Below, piece after piece: positions 51,545 through 64,000 of a stretch of DNA of 64,000 nucleotides. Source of the DNA: Camelus ferus (taxonomy: Eukaryota); assembly GCF_009834535.1 (NCBI RefSeq), contig NC_045696.1, positions 42,844,001-42,908,000 on the forward strand. Reading direction: 5' to 3'. The first letter of the stretch is position 1; each line of letters begins with the position of its first letter. Under the pieces are notes generated by a model, which did not search any database, was not told where the DNA came from, and saw only the letters and a program-made list of their open reading frames with translations. The position numbers were made by a program, and so were the translations under genes.

Positions 51545-51959
51545 TGTTAAATGGCAGCTAGGGCTATCATTAACAAGTTACCAAAAAATAGATACCTTAA
51601 GCAATGGATGTTTATTGTTCCGGAGTTCTGGAGGCTAGAAGATTGAAATCAAGGTACTGGCACGGTTGGTTCCCCCTGAGGGCTGTGAGGTGAGCATCTA
51701 TCTGGTCCAGGCCTCTTGCCTTGGCTTATAGGTGGCTGACTTCATGTTCATATGACGTTTTTCCCGTATGCATGTTTATCTCCGAAATTTGCCCTGTTGA
51801 AAATGACATCAGTCATATTGTATTAGGGCCTACCTTGATTGGTTCATTTTAATTCTATTATCTCTGTAAAAACTCTGTTTCCAACTAAGGTCACAACTGA
51901 GATACTGAAGTTTCTAACTTCAGTATTTGACTTTTGGGAATACAGTTCAACCTAAAACA
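51545..51959 (-). mobile_element. MLT1B/C-like MaLR solo LTR, antisense
   Basis: gttctggaggctagaag..aaatcaaggt..ctgagggctgtgag..gacatcagtcatattgtattagggcc..tttccaactaaggtcaca..tacagttcaacctaaaaca. Confidence 0.9.
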
Positions 51960-52714
51960 GGAGCTTTAAGAATTTTGATTTAGAGAATGAACCCTCACAA
52001 TTTTGTTCTGCCTTTTGGGTCAGTGAAATAAGAAAGTGAATTATGATTTTACAAATATTTTCTTTTCAGAATCTAAATGGCAATCTTTGCAGAAATTATT
52101 TTAAAGAAAAATTTTCTAGACATGACTTTTGTTATTTTTGACTTAAACTCTGACTTGTATCTAACATTTATTTACAATGTATTTATAAAGTGCAACAGGA
52201 TTATAATAAAAGATATTTCTTGGGGAAGCAATAATCACAAAGTCGTTAGCCCTGATCATCCTTGAATTTAGTTAGTGCAGGAAAGAGGTCCAACTGTACA
52301 GCAACATGAACTATGAATCAGTCTGATTTATACATGTGTACTCTTTGTTGGCAGAGGGGACATTTTTTGATGGTTAATTTGTAAATGATTCTCACTAATG
52401 TCTTTATTATCTGTGAAGTATTTCTTAAAAATAGAGAATCAATGCCTGTTGACTATGCTAAATAGATACGTATCAGATGGATGGCAGTGCTTATGTATAA
52501 CCAGATTTTCATGTGAGTTGTGGGTATCCGTTATTATTATAAAAACTAGTATAGTGTATTAAAGAAAAACATTGTTGAGTGCACGTTGAGATTAAATCCA
52601 AAGAAGAATGATTTGAAATGGAAAAGTTTGGTCTAAAAGCAATTCATGTTGGTCTTTGGTATGTGAGACTAGAGAGGGTTTAATTTGAATTACAGCAGAG
52701 TAGTTGTGTGTTTG

Positions 52715-53325
52715 TGTATTTACTGAGGTATGATTTATATGCAATAAAATAGATAAATCATCAGTATTCAGCTTCAATAAGAATTTTAACATTTATACAG
52801 TATAATCACCACCCAAACATGTAGAACATTCTGTCACTGCAGAAAGCATGCCTGTGCATAGTTTCAGTCAGTTCTGAATCTTCAAAAGCAACTCATTGTT
52901 TAGATTCATATCATTATAGATGAGTTTTGCTTTTTCATAAATTTCATATAGATGGAATCTTACATTTTGTACTTTTTCTTGTCTTGGTTCTTAACAGAAT
53001 GTTTTGAGATTTATTCATGTAGTTTTCTATACCTGCAATTCATTCCTTTTTATTTCTGAGTAGTATCGTCTGAAGATTTCAAAATGTGTTTATCTAGTCT
53101 CCTTTAATGGAAATTTGAGCTGATTCCAGGTTTGGACTATAAAAAATAAGGCCTCTGTTAGTATCTTTTACAAATATTTTTGTGGACACATTCTCCCCTC
53201 CTCTTTTCTTGGCCAAGTATCTAGGAGTGGGGTTACTGGTCGTAGGGCGAGAAACTACTAACCAGTTATCCAAAGTCAAGCTACTTTACATTCTTACCAG
53301 AAACGTATAGGAGTTCCAGCATAGG
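52715..53325 (-). mobile_element. L1MB/L1ME-type 3' end, antisense
   Basis: tttactgaggtatgatttata..tagaacattctgtcactgcagaaag..aatttcatatagatggaatc..ttccaggtttggactat..atctaggagtggg. Confidence 0.8.
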
Positions 53326-55169
53326 TGTTTTGCTCATGTTTCCCTCTTTCTCTGAGAAATGGTTAGAATTTTTTGAATAATTCCCAAGGCTACAATTTCT
53401 ATAAGGCAATAAGAACACAAGCATCACTTCTCTCTAATTATACTAGAGTGTGACACAACTGAAGTCGGGTGTCAACTCAACCTTTCCTTCTGTGACATTC
53501 TCATCAGATCACATTGTTGTAAAATGGCTCATAACAACGGCTGCAGTCATTACCAGAGCGACCTGCAAGAATAGGGCGTAGAAATAGAAGAACTGGCAGA
53601 CTTTCAAAAGTGGGAGAGCTTGACAGTATTTGAGTGTATGTGTGAGTTGAAACCCAGAGAATGTGTGCCTAGTAGGGATAGGGCACAGCCAGGATTTCAG
53701 AAATTCTACCAGTGAAGTCTAAGTCAGATAAAATATTATTACTCCTTGCCAAATGGGCTAAGGGAAAATATTAATATCAGATTGAAGTTGGAATGGTGTC
53801 CAACAGATATAGAGACAGGTACAGGTGTTTTGCATATGGCCTGTAAACAACTGTAGGAAGAAACTTTTTTATAAAAAAAAAAAGACTCTACTTCTTAATT
53901 ACTTTATTTAATAACTAATTGCTAAATACTTACAGTGGCTGAGATTGAGAATGAACATCAGAAGTATCACTACAGTTGATCAGTGAGTCACGTAAGTTTT
54001 CTATTAGGTTGAAAGAAATTTTTTTGTGATCTTCTTTGGTTAACTGAATAGCATAGACTATTTATTAATTAAAATAAACAACCAAATCCTTCCTGTGTCT
54101 TCATCGCATATGTTAGGACTTTTGAAATTTCCAGTAATCTAGACAGAGTTACTCACTCCAAAATATTCATGGAGAAAATCTTTACAGAGTAAGTAAATTG
54201 TCATTGAAAAATTGCTACTTCAAAGATTTTCCATTTCTAGAGCAGTCATAAAATGTATACATCTTCATATTTATGATTTTTCCGAACGTTCATTTATAAA
54301 TTGGTTACTTGAGATTCCAAATACATTTTCATATAAATTAAATATCATGTGGTCATTAGGTCAGACTCCAAACTGTGTATCATACACTGAGGTATAATAA
54401 AATCACAGGATGCCTAGGTTGGGAAAGATGATTCTGTAATACTACAGGTCATATTGAGACCACAGGGGAAATAATTTCAAGCTCCGATTTAGATTCAAGA
54501 AATACATTAGCCAAATGCCCTAACAGTAGTAGATCAGATTTGCACAGATTTCTCGCACCCTATTCACTTTACTTTGGCTCCTGTGATGTCTCTGGCAGGG
54601 GAAATGATATTTAAGGTGCTTTCTGGGCTAAGTTATGAAAAATAAAGTTTGTACCAGCCACCTACTCTGCCAACCAAAATAACACCCTCTACTAAACTAA
54701 CTACATGAAACTTTAACAGTTCATAGAAAGTTCAGGAAAGTCCTTCATAGCCACGTGACATGGAATACAGAAGCTGTGTTGTTGGGACAAACACCCCGCT
54801 GACTTCAGGCAGCCGCAGTTTGGAAGCTGTTTATCTTGCTCTCACTTCCTTGGTAGTGGGTTTGGGAGTCTCGTCTAAGTTTCCTGAGGGAAAATAAATG
54901 GATTCCAGTCACTTATTTCCTACTTCTTTTACTCAGCTCAGGATTTAAAGTTCGTGAGAAGAAGTCCAACTGGCCAAGTTACCATCAACTCTTTCAAATT
55001 CACAGAGAGAAGTTTGGAGGGGAGGCTCCAGTCTCCAGACGATGGCAGTGGGGAGGTGTAGTTCTCAAAAGGAAATCATATTATTAGGGTGTGAATGGAT
55101 GCTGAGGGCCTCAAACAAATGAGAAAATTATGTAAAACTCTTCCAAACTCAAGATTCTTGATTTTTTTT

Positions 55170-55415
55170 CTGAAGCATCTCTTCTTGGCTTGTAGATGGC
55201 ATTTCCTTCCTCTGTCTTGACATGTTTTTTTCTCTGTGCATGTCTGTGTCCATAAAGATAGCAGTTGTATTGCCTTAGGGCCCAACTTAACAGCTTTATG
55301 TGCTGTTAATTCCCTTTTTAAAGGACCTGTCTTTCAACATAGTTACATTATGAGGTACTAGGTTTTGGGACCAGAGCATACATATTTTGCATGGGATACA
55401 ATTCAGCTTGTAACA
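55170..55415 (-). mobile_element. MLT1A/B-like LTR fragment, antisense
   Basis: ctcttcttggcttgtagatggc..ttagggccca..tttaaaggacctgtct..gaggtactagg..gatacaattcagcttgtaaca. Confidence 0.85.
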
Positions 55416-58399
55416 ATGATATTTAAAGACTCTCTGGAAATTCATTTATAGGAACTCTGAATTGGAGAACCCCTATGCACTAGGGAAAACATTCACTACA
55501 TTTTTCTAGATTCTTGGAATTACATTAAACTGCGGAAGAGATTATAATGAAGTGTTTGAAAAATATGCTTTCAATTTTTCACAATGAATGGAAATCCTAA
55601 TCAGAAACTTAATACTTTAATCAAGACTATTTTCTAAATATATATATAAACAAAGTTTTATGACTTAATTTTTCCTCCTAGCATAAGGGAGCTTTGTTGA
55701 CCAAACAGTATTAGATACAGATCAGACACTTGTTCAAACAAGAACACTGATTGATTCACTAAGGGATCTATTATACTTATTAGATTATTTTGTATTGTGA
55801 TTCTAGAAAGTACTATCCATTATTAGTATGCCCTGAAAATTCATTGAGAAATCACTTTATCAGTAACACCATAACTGCCTTACAAATGCACAATTAAAAT
55901 AGCTGTTTCTCTCTAGAGAACTTATTTTCTTAATTCTTATAAAATATATAGATCATCTCTACCTAAATCAGTCCTTGACTTGGCATTTGATGAACTTTTC
56001 ATTTGGTAATACCTTACTCCAAAATCTGTTTACTTATAAATGATGTGTTTGGTGATAATGATAATCTTCTTGGTAGGTGTGCAACTCCAGGGAATATGTG
56101 ATAGAAATCTGTGCTTAAAAATTTTTTGTTCAGTGCTTAGATAGCAGTCACCTTACGTGAAATCTCGGCACAGTATAAAAAGTCAGCAAGGAGCAGATCA
56201 AGATGATAAATTGTCTGTTTTGGCCATTTTCAAGATCCTCCAAGTGAAGGATTCTTTTCATAAATGCCAGCTATACTAAAATGCAAAGCATCAACCTGAT
56301 AAAATAGTGCATATGGCCATTCAATTAGATTATACTCTCCCTCTTGAAGGAGAACTGCAACTAATGGCCCTAATTGCCTCTGAGAGCTTGGGACATTTTT
56401 ATTTCCTCCCTACATGCTTTATATTTCATTTCAGCAACAAAAGCTTTCTGTGATAATGCCCTTACACTTTAATTAGAGATGTGAAGTCTGATTTTAGTGT
56501 TCAAACAGCCCACTAAAATGGAAATTGTAAATATTTTTGAAGAAGAAATACTAGCAGAATTGTGCTAACCTCTACCATTAAAATATATTGTGAATATAAC
56601 ATGTGCTAGGTTTAATTAATTTCCATTATCCATCAGAAAGGCTACATACCTGGCAAAAAATACTGAACAGATGTACAAATACTGGAAGAGACTCTCTTGC
56701 TGAAAAATTCCAAAGATGTCTTTCAGTATGTGCAGCCTCCTGCTAGAGGATATACCACTTCATAAAATGGTAGCAAACTTTTCACAGTAAGATGTGTTTT
56801 GGAGTGTCTCTTCAGCATGGAACCAGATTCCCTCTCCTAGAGGTTTAAATTGAGTCTACTTTTTATGGTATATGTAAACAATGACCCATGCTGTAGTGTT
56901 ATCGTATGGATTTAGGAAACAAACTATGTAAAGAAACACCAAAACCAAACAGCCATTCTGTGTGTCTTCACTGAAAAAAAATTTAAAATGATGTCTAAAT
57001 ATACATGTATATTTAGCATAGGTAACTTGTAGGGATGTGCGTTTTATTGATAGTATTTAAAATTTTCTGTTCCAGATGGTTACCATTTAGGCAGTACCTA
57101 CAATTCAGTGCTAGGTGTAAGTTAGAAGAAATGGTGACAGGCTGTCCCATTCTCACTGGAAATGTGCAGTCATTGATTCTGTGTAGAAAGTATAGGAAGT
57201 AGGGTGTCTCTTCTACCTCAGTTCTTCTTCCTGTATCCTCGTGGGGGATAAGTGGTAAAGTGAAGACAACCAGAGCATCTCTGTCACAAAAACTGTCCTC
57301 ATGCTTGTTCTGTTTGGCAAGATGCTGTGCAGTGAACTGCCCACATCGTGTTGCTCCGTCTCATGATAATCGAGGCTACCTGGCATGCTCAGAAACCATG
57401 ATGGCAACAGCATACCCACAAAGAGCAGGCGAGAGAAAGTGAGAGGGAGCTTTTTAAGAAGGAAATGCCATTCTTTAGCTTTTGTGATTAGCACCATTTC
57501 TCTCTGATTGTTCTAAGGAAGTCTGTTGACAGCCTGGAATTTTTCCCACAGCGCGTGGCCTAAGTTTCTAGAAGTAAGACACTCACCATCTTTCTTTTTG
57601 GTCCTGCTCTGTATCTCTGTTGTGCCTTTTACTGTCAAACAGCAGAAGGACTGCACAAAGGAGAAGATAGACGAGAGGAAAGGATTGATGATGAAAGGAA
57701 GGATTTGGGGGTTGAGATGAGGGTGGACACGAAGAGAAAGGAAAGAGACTGATGTGGGACTACTGAGGTGTAGAAGATAAATGGCCATAACTGTGCTCTC
57801 CTCCTACTTGAGTACACCATACATCACCAGTGTCTTGAACAATGCTAGGTCTTGAAAACAGCAGCAGCAAACCGTAACAGGTTCTGGAGATTTGGGAGCC
57901 TGGAAACCTACAGGAGTCCCCCTCGAATAACAGGCAAATTTCCTGTGCTCAGGTTAGTCTAATTTCCCTCCTTCCAATGTTGCATCATCTTTTAATTCCA
58001 GCCATGAGAAAGAAAAGCCAAATGGAATTCTCAAGAATCTTTAGTCCTTCAGCAGGATATCCCTCCTGGGGCCAGGCACTGGGATAGTTTGACAGCACTC
58101 TTGAGAAGATAGTCTAACTTGTCTCCCTGGCAGTGCAACTCTTTTTACCTGTAACTGAGTTTAGATGAATGTTTATAAAACTCTGCTTCTGACCTGTCAC
58201 CTCCTATGGATCATTGAAAAATGGATTTCTATTACAAGATAAAATATAAGCACTGAGTCTGAAATTCAGTACCCTACCTGCACAGTCTGTTCACCGACTG
58301 CCTTTGCAAACATCTCTCTAGCTATTTCATGTCCCACAGAAACGGTCCTCTCCGCCCTCCACCATCTCCTAGATCTGCCCACTGAGCCACACAAATGAT

Positions 58400-58730
58400 T
58401 TCCACACCTGAGTCTTTGCTTACAGCCTCCCTTCTCTCTTTCCTTTTCTCATTCACATCCCAACTACTCTTCTTAACATAATTTATGTCCCGTGTTCTCA
58501 GAGATGCTGTCTTCAGACTACATTGTCCAATAATCATTTCCAAGCTCCCACTGTACTTCTTCAGTGACCACTGATGTAGCACTTGTATATTGGTAATGAA
58601 CTTGCCATGGGCATCTTTTTCCTCTAAAATTTATAAATTTTGATAAATAAGATTAGAATCTTTTACCATTTATAGAATTTGGTGTAGTATGATATACATA
58701 GCATGTACTTATAAATTAAGTGAGTGAATA
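58400..58730 (+). mobile_element. L2 3' remnant
   Basis: ctcagagatgctgtc..tagcactt..catagcatgtacttataaatt..gtgaata. Confidence 0.4.
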
Positions 58731-61700
58731 CGGACTTCAAAGTTATTTTGGTTTGGATCCTGCAGATAATTATTTAAGGCAAAGTTTGATAACCAAGTAA
58801 CTGCAAATTAAGAGCATAGTAAGTATTAAAACCATACTAATTTATAGACATATACATGAGTTACTCTACAAAATAGAATAAGAATCACTTACAAAATTTT
58901 AAATGTAAAAATATAACTTGAACATTTCACTTTATTTGCTACTTAAATTAAAAGAAATTAATATCTTTTGTTGACTTATGATACTCTGTATTAATTCCCA
59001 ATTAATTAATTTCCAAAAAAAGAATAGGTTGACCTAGAGTTAGTGAACATGACTCCATGAATGCAATTGTATTCTTAATAAAAATAACAAAAGATATGCA
59101 ACTAGGCCATATTTATGAATTGATGAGGACTTAACTCTTCCAAGTTCTGAAAGTTCAGAATTAAACTACTACGGTAATTGGATTCTGTTCTTAATTCCAG
59201 CATCAGAAACTGTACATTGAAATGCCTTTCACAAATACAGTGATAGGAAAAATCATCTTTTCCTGTCTTATTATTAAGAGTTGATGTAAGAAAATACACA
59301 GTAATAAAAAGGGCTTTTGCTATCTACAGGAAAAATGCAGCTAGACCATTCTCCCCTTCCTAATAGAAACGTCAGAAAGCCTTTTCTTTCTCTTTCTCTT
59401 TCTTTTAATCACAAGTACAATCTGGAGCAGAAGCCAAGAATAAACTTAATCTTTTGGTGAGTTTCAGGCCTTTGGCAATTATACAGGTTGGCTCATCAAG
59501 CAGGCATTGATTGTTAGCATTAGTCAGGAGTATATAAACACTTATAAATATTGCATGCCAAAGAGAAGCTGCACTTAGATGGATGATTAATAGTCCTGTT
59601 GTTGGTAATCTGTTGTATCTCTTTTGCATGGAAAAAGCAATTAGAAACACATTTCCGACTATCCCAGACAGACCTTATATGCTTCATGGCGGAAAATTAA
59701 AATTTTAGACATTGCAAAGAACGTAATAAATGTACCTACTCTCACCACATGATAATGGTACCTGGGGGACCTGGACAAGCTCATAAGACCACATTTGACT
59801 TACCTTTCTTCCTTTTCATAATCTATTTTTGTAAAGCCATGAATTTATTTTGATGGTAGATTTGTGTGTGTGTGTGTTTGTGTTGTGAGCAAGGGAGGGG
59901 AAGAGAAGGAGAGAGAAAAAAATTGTTTCAGAAAAATAAGTATTAAAGCACAAATAAATGACAATGTTGACAACTGTACCATAATAAACCTGCAAGTCAG
60001 GAGTGTAAAACAACGTTCCAGAAATGAATTTTACTATCAAACTTCCAGAGTCTTATTATAACCTTTGAGTAAAATTGATTTTTTAAATATGAGAAAAACC
60101 CTTTATTGTATCCTTAGAGTTTTTCATTATATCCACTATAAATTAGATATTATAAATCAGGTAAGTCATTCTGGGCTAAAAACTGCCATATCAGGTTTCC
60201 GTCTGGGAGAGAATTATGACTTGTGTTATTATCATCACTTACACTGAGGAAACGCTTACATTTTAGGAAGACTTTTTAAAAATCAGTTTAGGGTGAGCAG
60301 AGAGTATTGAGCGAAGTTCATGTTACTAAGAATTCATTAAAAATCCTTCACAGGTATTTCCTTTTCTTCCCTTTAAATTGCTATGGATACCTGGATTCTT
60401 TTCTTTTTCTTTTTCCCAGCAGAGAAATTGGGTTTACAGATGCCCAAAGGTCTGAATTCAGTTCCTACAAATAACTGCATCTTTTCTCGATTGTTACTGT
60501 CATATGATCACTACACCTGAGTAATGAAAGAAACAATCGAAAGAGGATATTGTTTTAGAATTATTAGGTTGATGCTCATCTTCTGTATTTCAGAAACACA
60601 AGTTTCATACGTATAAATATATTTTTCAGATTCTAATATACATATAGTCAAATTCTAGACTGGCATAATGGTAGCATTTTCTATTAACAAGACCTTACTG
60701 ATATAATTAAAAACTGAAATGTATGCAGTATCTCTTTCCTTTGTATTCTTCTGGAATGTCTAACCCATAAAGCAAAACTTTGAATGGGATAAAGGTAAGT
60801 GTGGAGGATCCTGGTAATGAATATAGCACAGAGTGGATGATTGTTCCAATTTGCCTTTGATTTAACTTAACTTGGAAGTGTGCTTTTTGCGTATTGTGAT
60901 CACCGTTATCTGTCCTTAGGATCCTAGTACCCAGCTATTTCACGGTCTGTCTGTGCTAACAAAAGTGATTTTGGAGAAAGAGAAATGACAGTGACAAGAA
61001 AGGGAGACAGATGAGAGGGTATGCTTACAGGTAATGAAACAATGCCATTTTCAAAAGCACATCTAATACACACTTTCCCGTAGTTAAGATCTCTACTTAG
61101 CTGCGCTTACTGCAGTGTTCCCAGTTAGGAGTAAAATCCCCACATAGAATAAACTCCTAAAGTAACTAATTTTTTGTTACTCATATAGCAGAATTTTTCC
61201 TTAGTCTGTGAAATAAGAAAGAGAAATCCATTCAGTGTATTGACCAGTAGGAAGAGCTTATCAGATAAACCAAAGAATGCTTGCTTGAGTCTCTACAGAA
61301 CTGCTTTCTTATTAAATAGTTCTACCTTACCTTCATAAATGCTAGTCCTACAAATCGTGCTTTTGTGGTACAGCCTTTTTTTTGTTGTTGTCAGATTTTG
61401 AGATTTTTCTGGATGATCCATAGTCTTCCCCTAGTTCAAGTATTCTTAGCGAGGTCCAAGACCACATAATAAACTTTCTGGATTGACTCGACATACATGA
61501 TTTTTCAAGGCCAAGTAGATGGTCAATCTAATGCTTCACTAGGGCCAAAAAGCCCGACTCTAGCAGTTGTTAGTCCTCATCAGAAAACAGGTTGCTGAGA
61601 TTTCATTTGGAAAAAACACCTCTTCTCCTCTCCAGACAAAGGTTTGAGGGAGCCAGAGACATGGTTCAGGTACTGCGTCTGTGACAGCTTTGTGGCAGAG

Positions 61701-63254
61701 CAGTATTCCGTAACTGCCCATCTAGCTGGGAGAAAGCTTTATCAGACACATTTACTGTTCCTGTTGCAAGTGGTGTTCTGCAGTGTTGCCCTCCATGCCA
61801 ATTGTGTGGCTGTGTTTTGGGCCGTGTGGATAATGCACCACTGAAATTGTCATTGGTTATTTTGGCTTCAGGAAGAATCTAATTACATTGATTTTGTGGC
61901 AGTCTCATTGTTTGCTAAGAATTTGACTTAGGTTGAAAAAGTGAAAATGGCCTGTAAAATGGTTGATTTCATATATCTGTTTTTCATTACACAGGTACCT
62001 ATAAAAAGCCATTTATTTTCTAGAGAATTGTAGTGAAACAAAATATGGCCACAGTTTAATCACAGTTCTCAAATGTGCAGCGATACCCATGGCCTCCCTC
62101 TGCCTCAGCTCGTTTCTCCGCATGTTCTCCTTACATCATTTTTAAAACTGCTTTTCTTTTGGACTCTGGAGGACAGCAAAGCTTTGGGCAACTTCATCTC
62201 TGAGAATGATTCTACCCTTTGCAGCTTCTGATCCCTCCAGTGCTATTTTTCTGAATGGATTTGTTTTCGTTCAGCAATGTTTAGAGTACACAAACCAAAC
62301 TGCATGTGAAATACTGCCCACCTGCAAAAGCTCTCAAAGGGCACTGAATGAGGTAACCATGCCATGCAGGAATGATTGTTTCTGGGATAAGAGGATGGAA
62401 CTATACAAAGGCAACGCTCTCTAGGTAAACCTGAAATGAGTCATTTGACATATTTCAAGGGGCAAACAGAGCAGTTTAAATAAGACTTGTTTAGTATCAG
62501 AAAAGATAGAAACTGATAGAGCTATGTGTTTGTTTGCTTAGATTGGCTCCACGTTTGCCAACCCTAAAGATTAGCTTTTCTTATATATAATATCCTTCTT
62601 TTCTTAACTCCTTCCTTTTTTCTCCTGTCAAGAATTTCCAAGTGCAAATCTCTATTCCTAAGAACACATGAAAACCTCTCAAGTTCATTGTACTCTTTCC
62701 TTGAAATGCCTATTGACATTATCCAGATGCTTAATTATATTTACCTCATGATTTCACATTATTGGTTACCATAAATATTTTCTCTGTGAAATATGTCATA
62801 GGCAGAAAATTATTTGTATGTTTCATCAAAGAATAGGGAAAAAAAAATCAATGTCCATATTACCCAGCTTAAATATAATTGCTTCTGATTTTGAAGCCCC
62901 TATGTGAAATATCTGTTTATATATTTTCCAAGTTTGCCACAAAATTGTCTTCTTACTGTTTTCTGGAGTTAATTTTATATTCCAAATGGAATCCTTCCTC
63001 AGTTAATGTGTTCAAAATCATATCTAAGTTTGTGGCTAAAATACATATATAAATATTTATACAAAATAAAGGAAATTATTCTTTATGAACTTGGGATAAG
63101 AAAGGATTATTTTTAAACAAGATATAAAAACACAAACTGTAAGGAGAGAATGGGACGTTTGTACTACATTAAAATGAACATTAATTTTAATTAAAAAGTA
63201 AAGAGAATGTAAAAACCCAAAATCATACCACAAACAATTATGTTTGTGTAGATA

Positions 63255-64000
63255 TTTTTTCTCATCAATCTGAAGACAGTATTTCATTCTCTTCTGACTT
63301 CCTTTTTCGCTATTGAGAACTGTCTGATTGTGATTCTTTTGTATATATATCAACTGTTCTTTCTTTTGTTGCTTTTTAGACCTTCTCTTTTACTTATTTT
63401 GCTCTGCTATTTTACTATGGCATGTCTAGCTGCGGATTTTCTTTTTATTAATCCTGCTTGTGATTCTTTAAGTTTCCTGAATCTGAGGAAGGATATCTTA
63501 GAGAAAGTCTAGGGTATTATTTACTGTTATTCCATTGAATATGGCCTTTCTCCTAATCTTTCTATTCTCAACTCCTCAAAATAAGATTAGGCAGAATTGG
63601 GCTTACTTGCTTAATCCTCACTATTTATATTTTTTTAATTTGTCTTTCTGAATAATTTTCTGTAGAACTATGTCCCACTTCACTAATTCTTTCTGCAGCT
63701 ATGTCCAATGGCTTTTAACTTGAAGCATTAATTATTAAAATTTGAAATTTTAATATTAGTATCATTTCCATTTTAATACTAATATCATTGATTTTTTAGT
63801 ATATTTTCATTTTTAAAATTTTAACTTGTGCTGTTCTACAAACTTCTCAGAATATTTTGTTGATGTATTGTTCATGATAACGTCAATGTCCTTTGTTTCT
63901 TTACATGTAAATACAGTTTATATTTGATGATTTCATCATCTGCAGTTTAGGAATCTGACTCTTTAGTTTGACTTTTCTGCTGGGTTTATATGATTATATG
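63255..64000 (-). mobile_element. Old L1ME ORF1 region, antisense, running off the window end
   Basis: ttcattctcttctgacttcc..gctattgagaa..ttttactatggcatgtctag..ttattaatcctgcttg..ttcctgaatctgagg..cactaattctttctgcagctatgtccaat. Confidence 0.75.

Noticed and set aside
61638..61671. 34-nt plus-strand exon candidate (ctctccag...CAG|gtactg)
   Set aside because: Weak donor, no partner exons and no recognisable peptide.
61765..61845. Possible hairpin ncRNA or IRE (AGTGGTG...CACCACT stem, CAGTGT loop motif)
   Set aside because: Only short stems with large unpaired regions, and the CAGTGT is not closed by a 5-bp IRE stem.
1..64000. CRISPR arrays, prokaryotic operons, rRNA or tRNA genes
   Set aside because: No repeat-spacer periodicity, no dense coding and no rRNA or tRNA motifs; the repeat content is mammalian nuclear.

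Overview
AT-rich, CpG-depleted eutherian nuclear DNA, probably intronic or intergenic. The host looks cetartiodactyl and most likely camelid, judged from a mitochondrial fragment and an L1 3' end recognised from memory. No protein-coding gene can be called with confidence. The only recognisable ORFs are decayed LINE-1 ORF2 pieces (endonuclease DH motif at 11.7-11.9 kb, RT FADD motif at 28.9 kb). Much of the window is interspersed repeat: L1 of several ages, L2, MIR, MaLR/ERV LTRs and hAT DNA transposons (MER5, MER3, MER58, MER53, Zaphod/MER115-like). The main finding is a ~226-bp, CpG-rich, little-decayed piece of the mitochondrial control region (a D-loop NUMT, central conserved domain) at 2933-3158. 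It sits inside a ~780-bp polypyrimidine microsatellite block, which itself interrupts a TSD-bounded L1MC-type element. Other findings are a multi-layer nested retroelement at 28.2-33.7 kb, a probable locally templated copy of an L1 segment, and a speculative in-frame chain of four minus-strand exon-like segments at 6.4-8.4 kb. Repeat family names come from recalled consensus sequences, not a database search, and boundaries are approximate unless a TSD or TIR is given.
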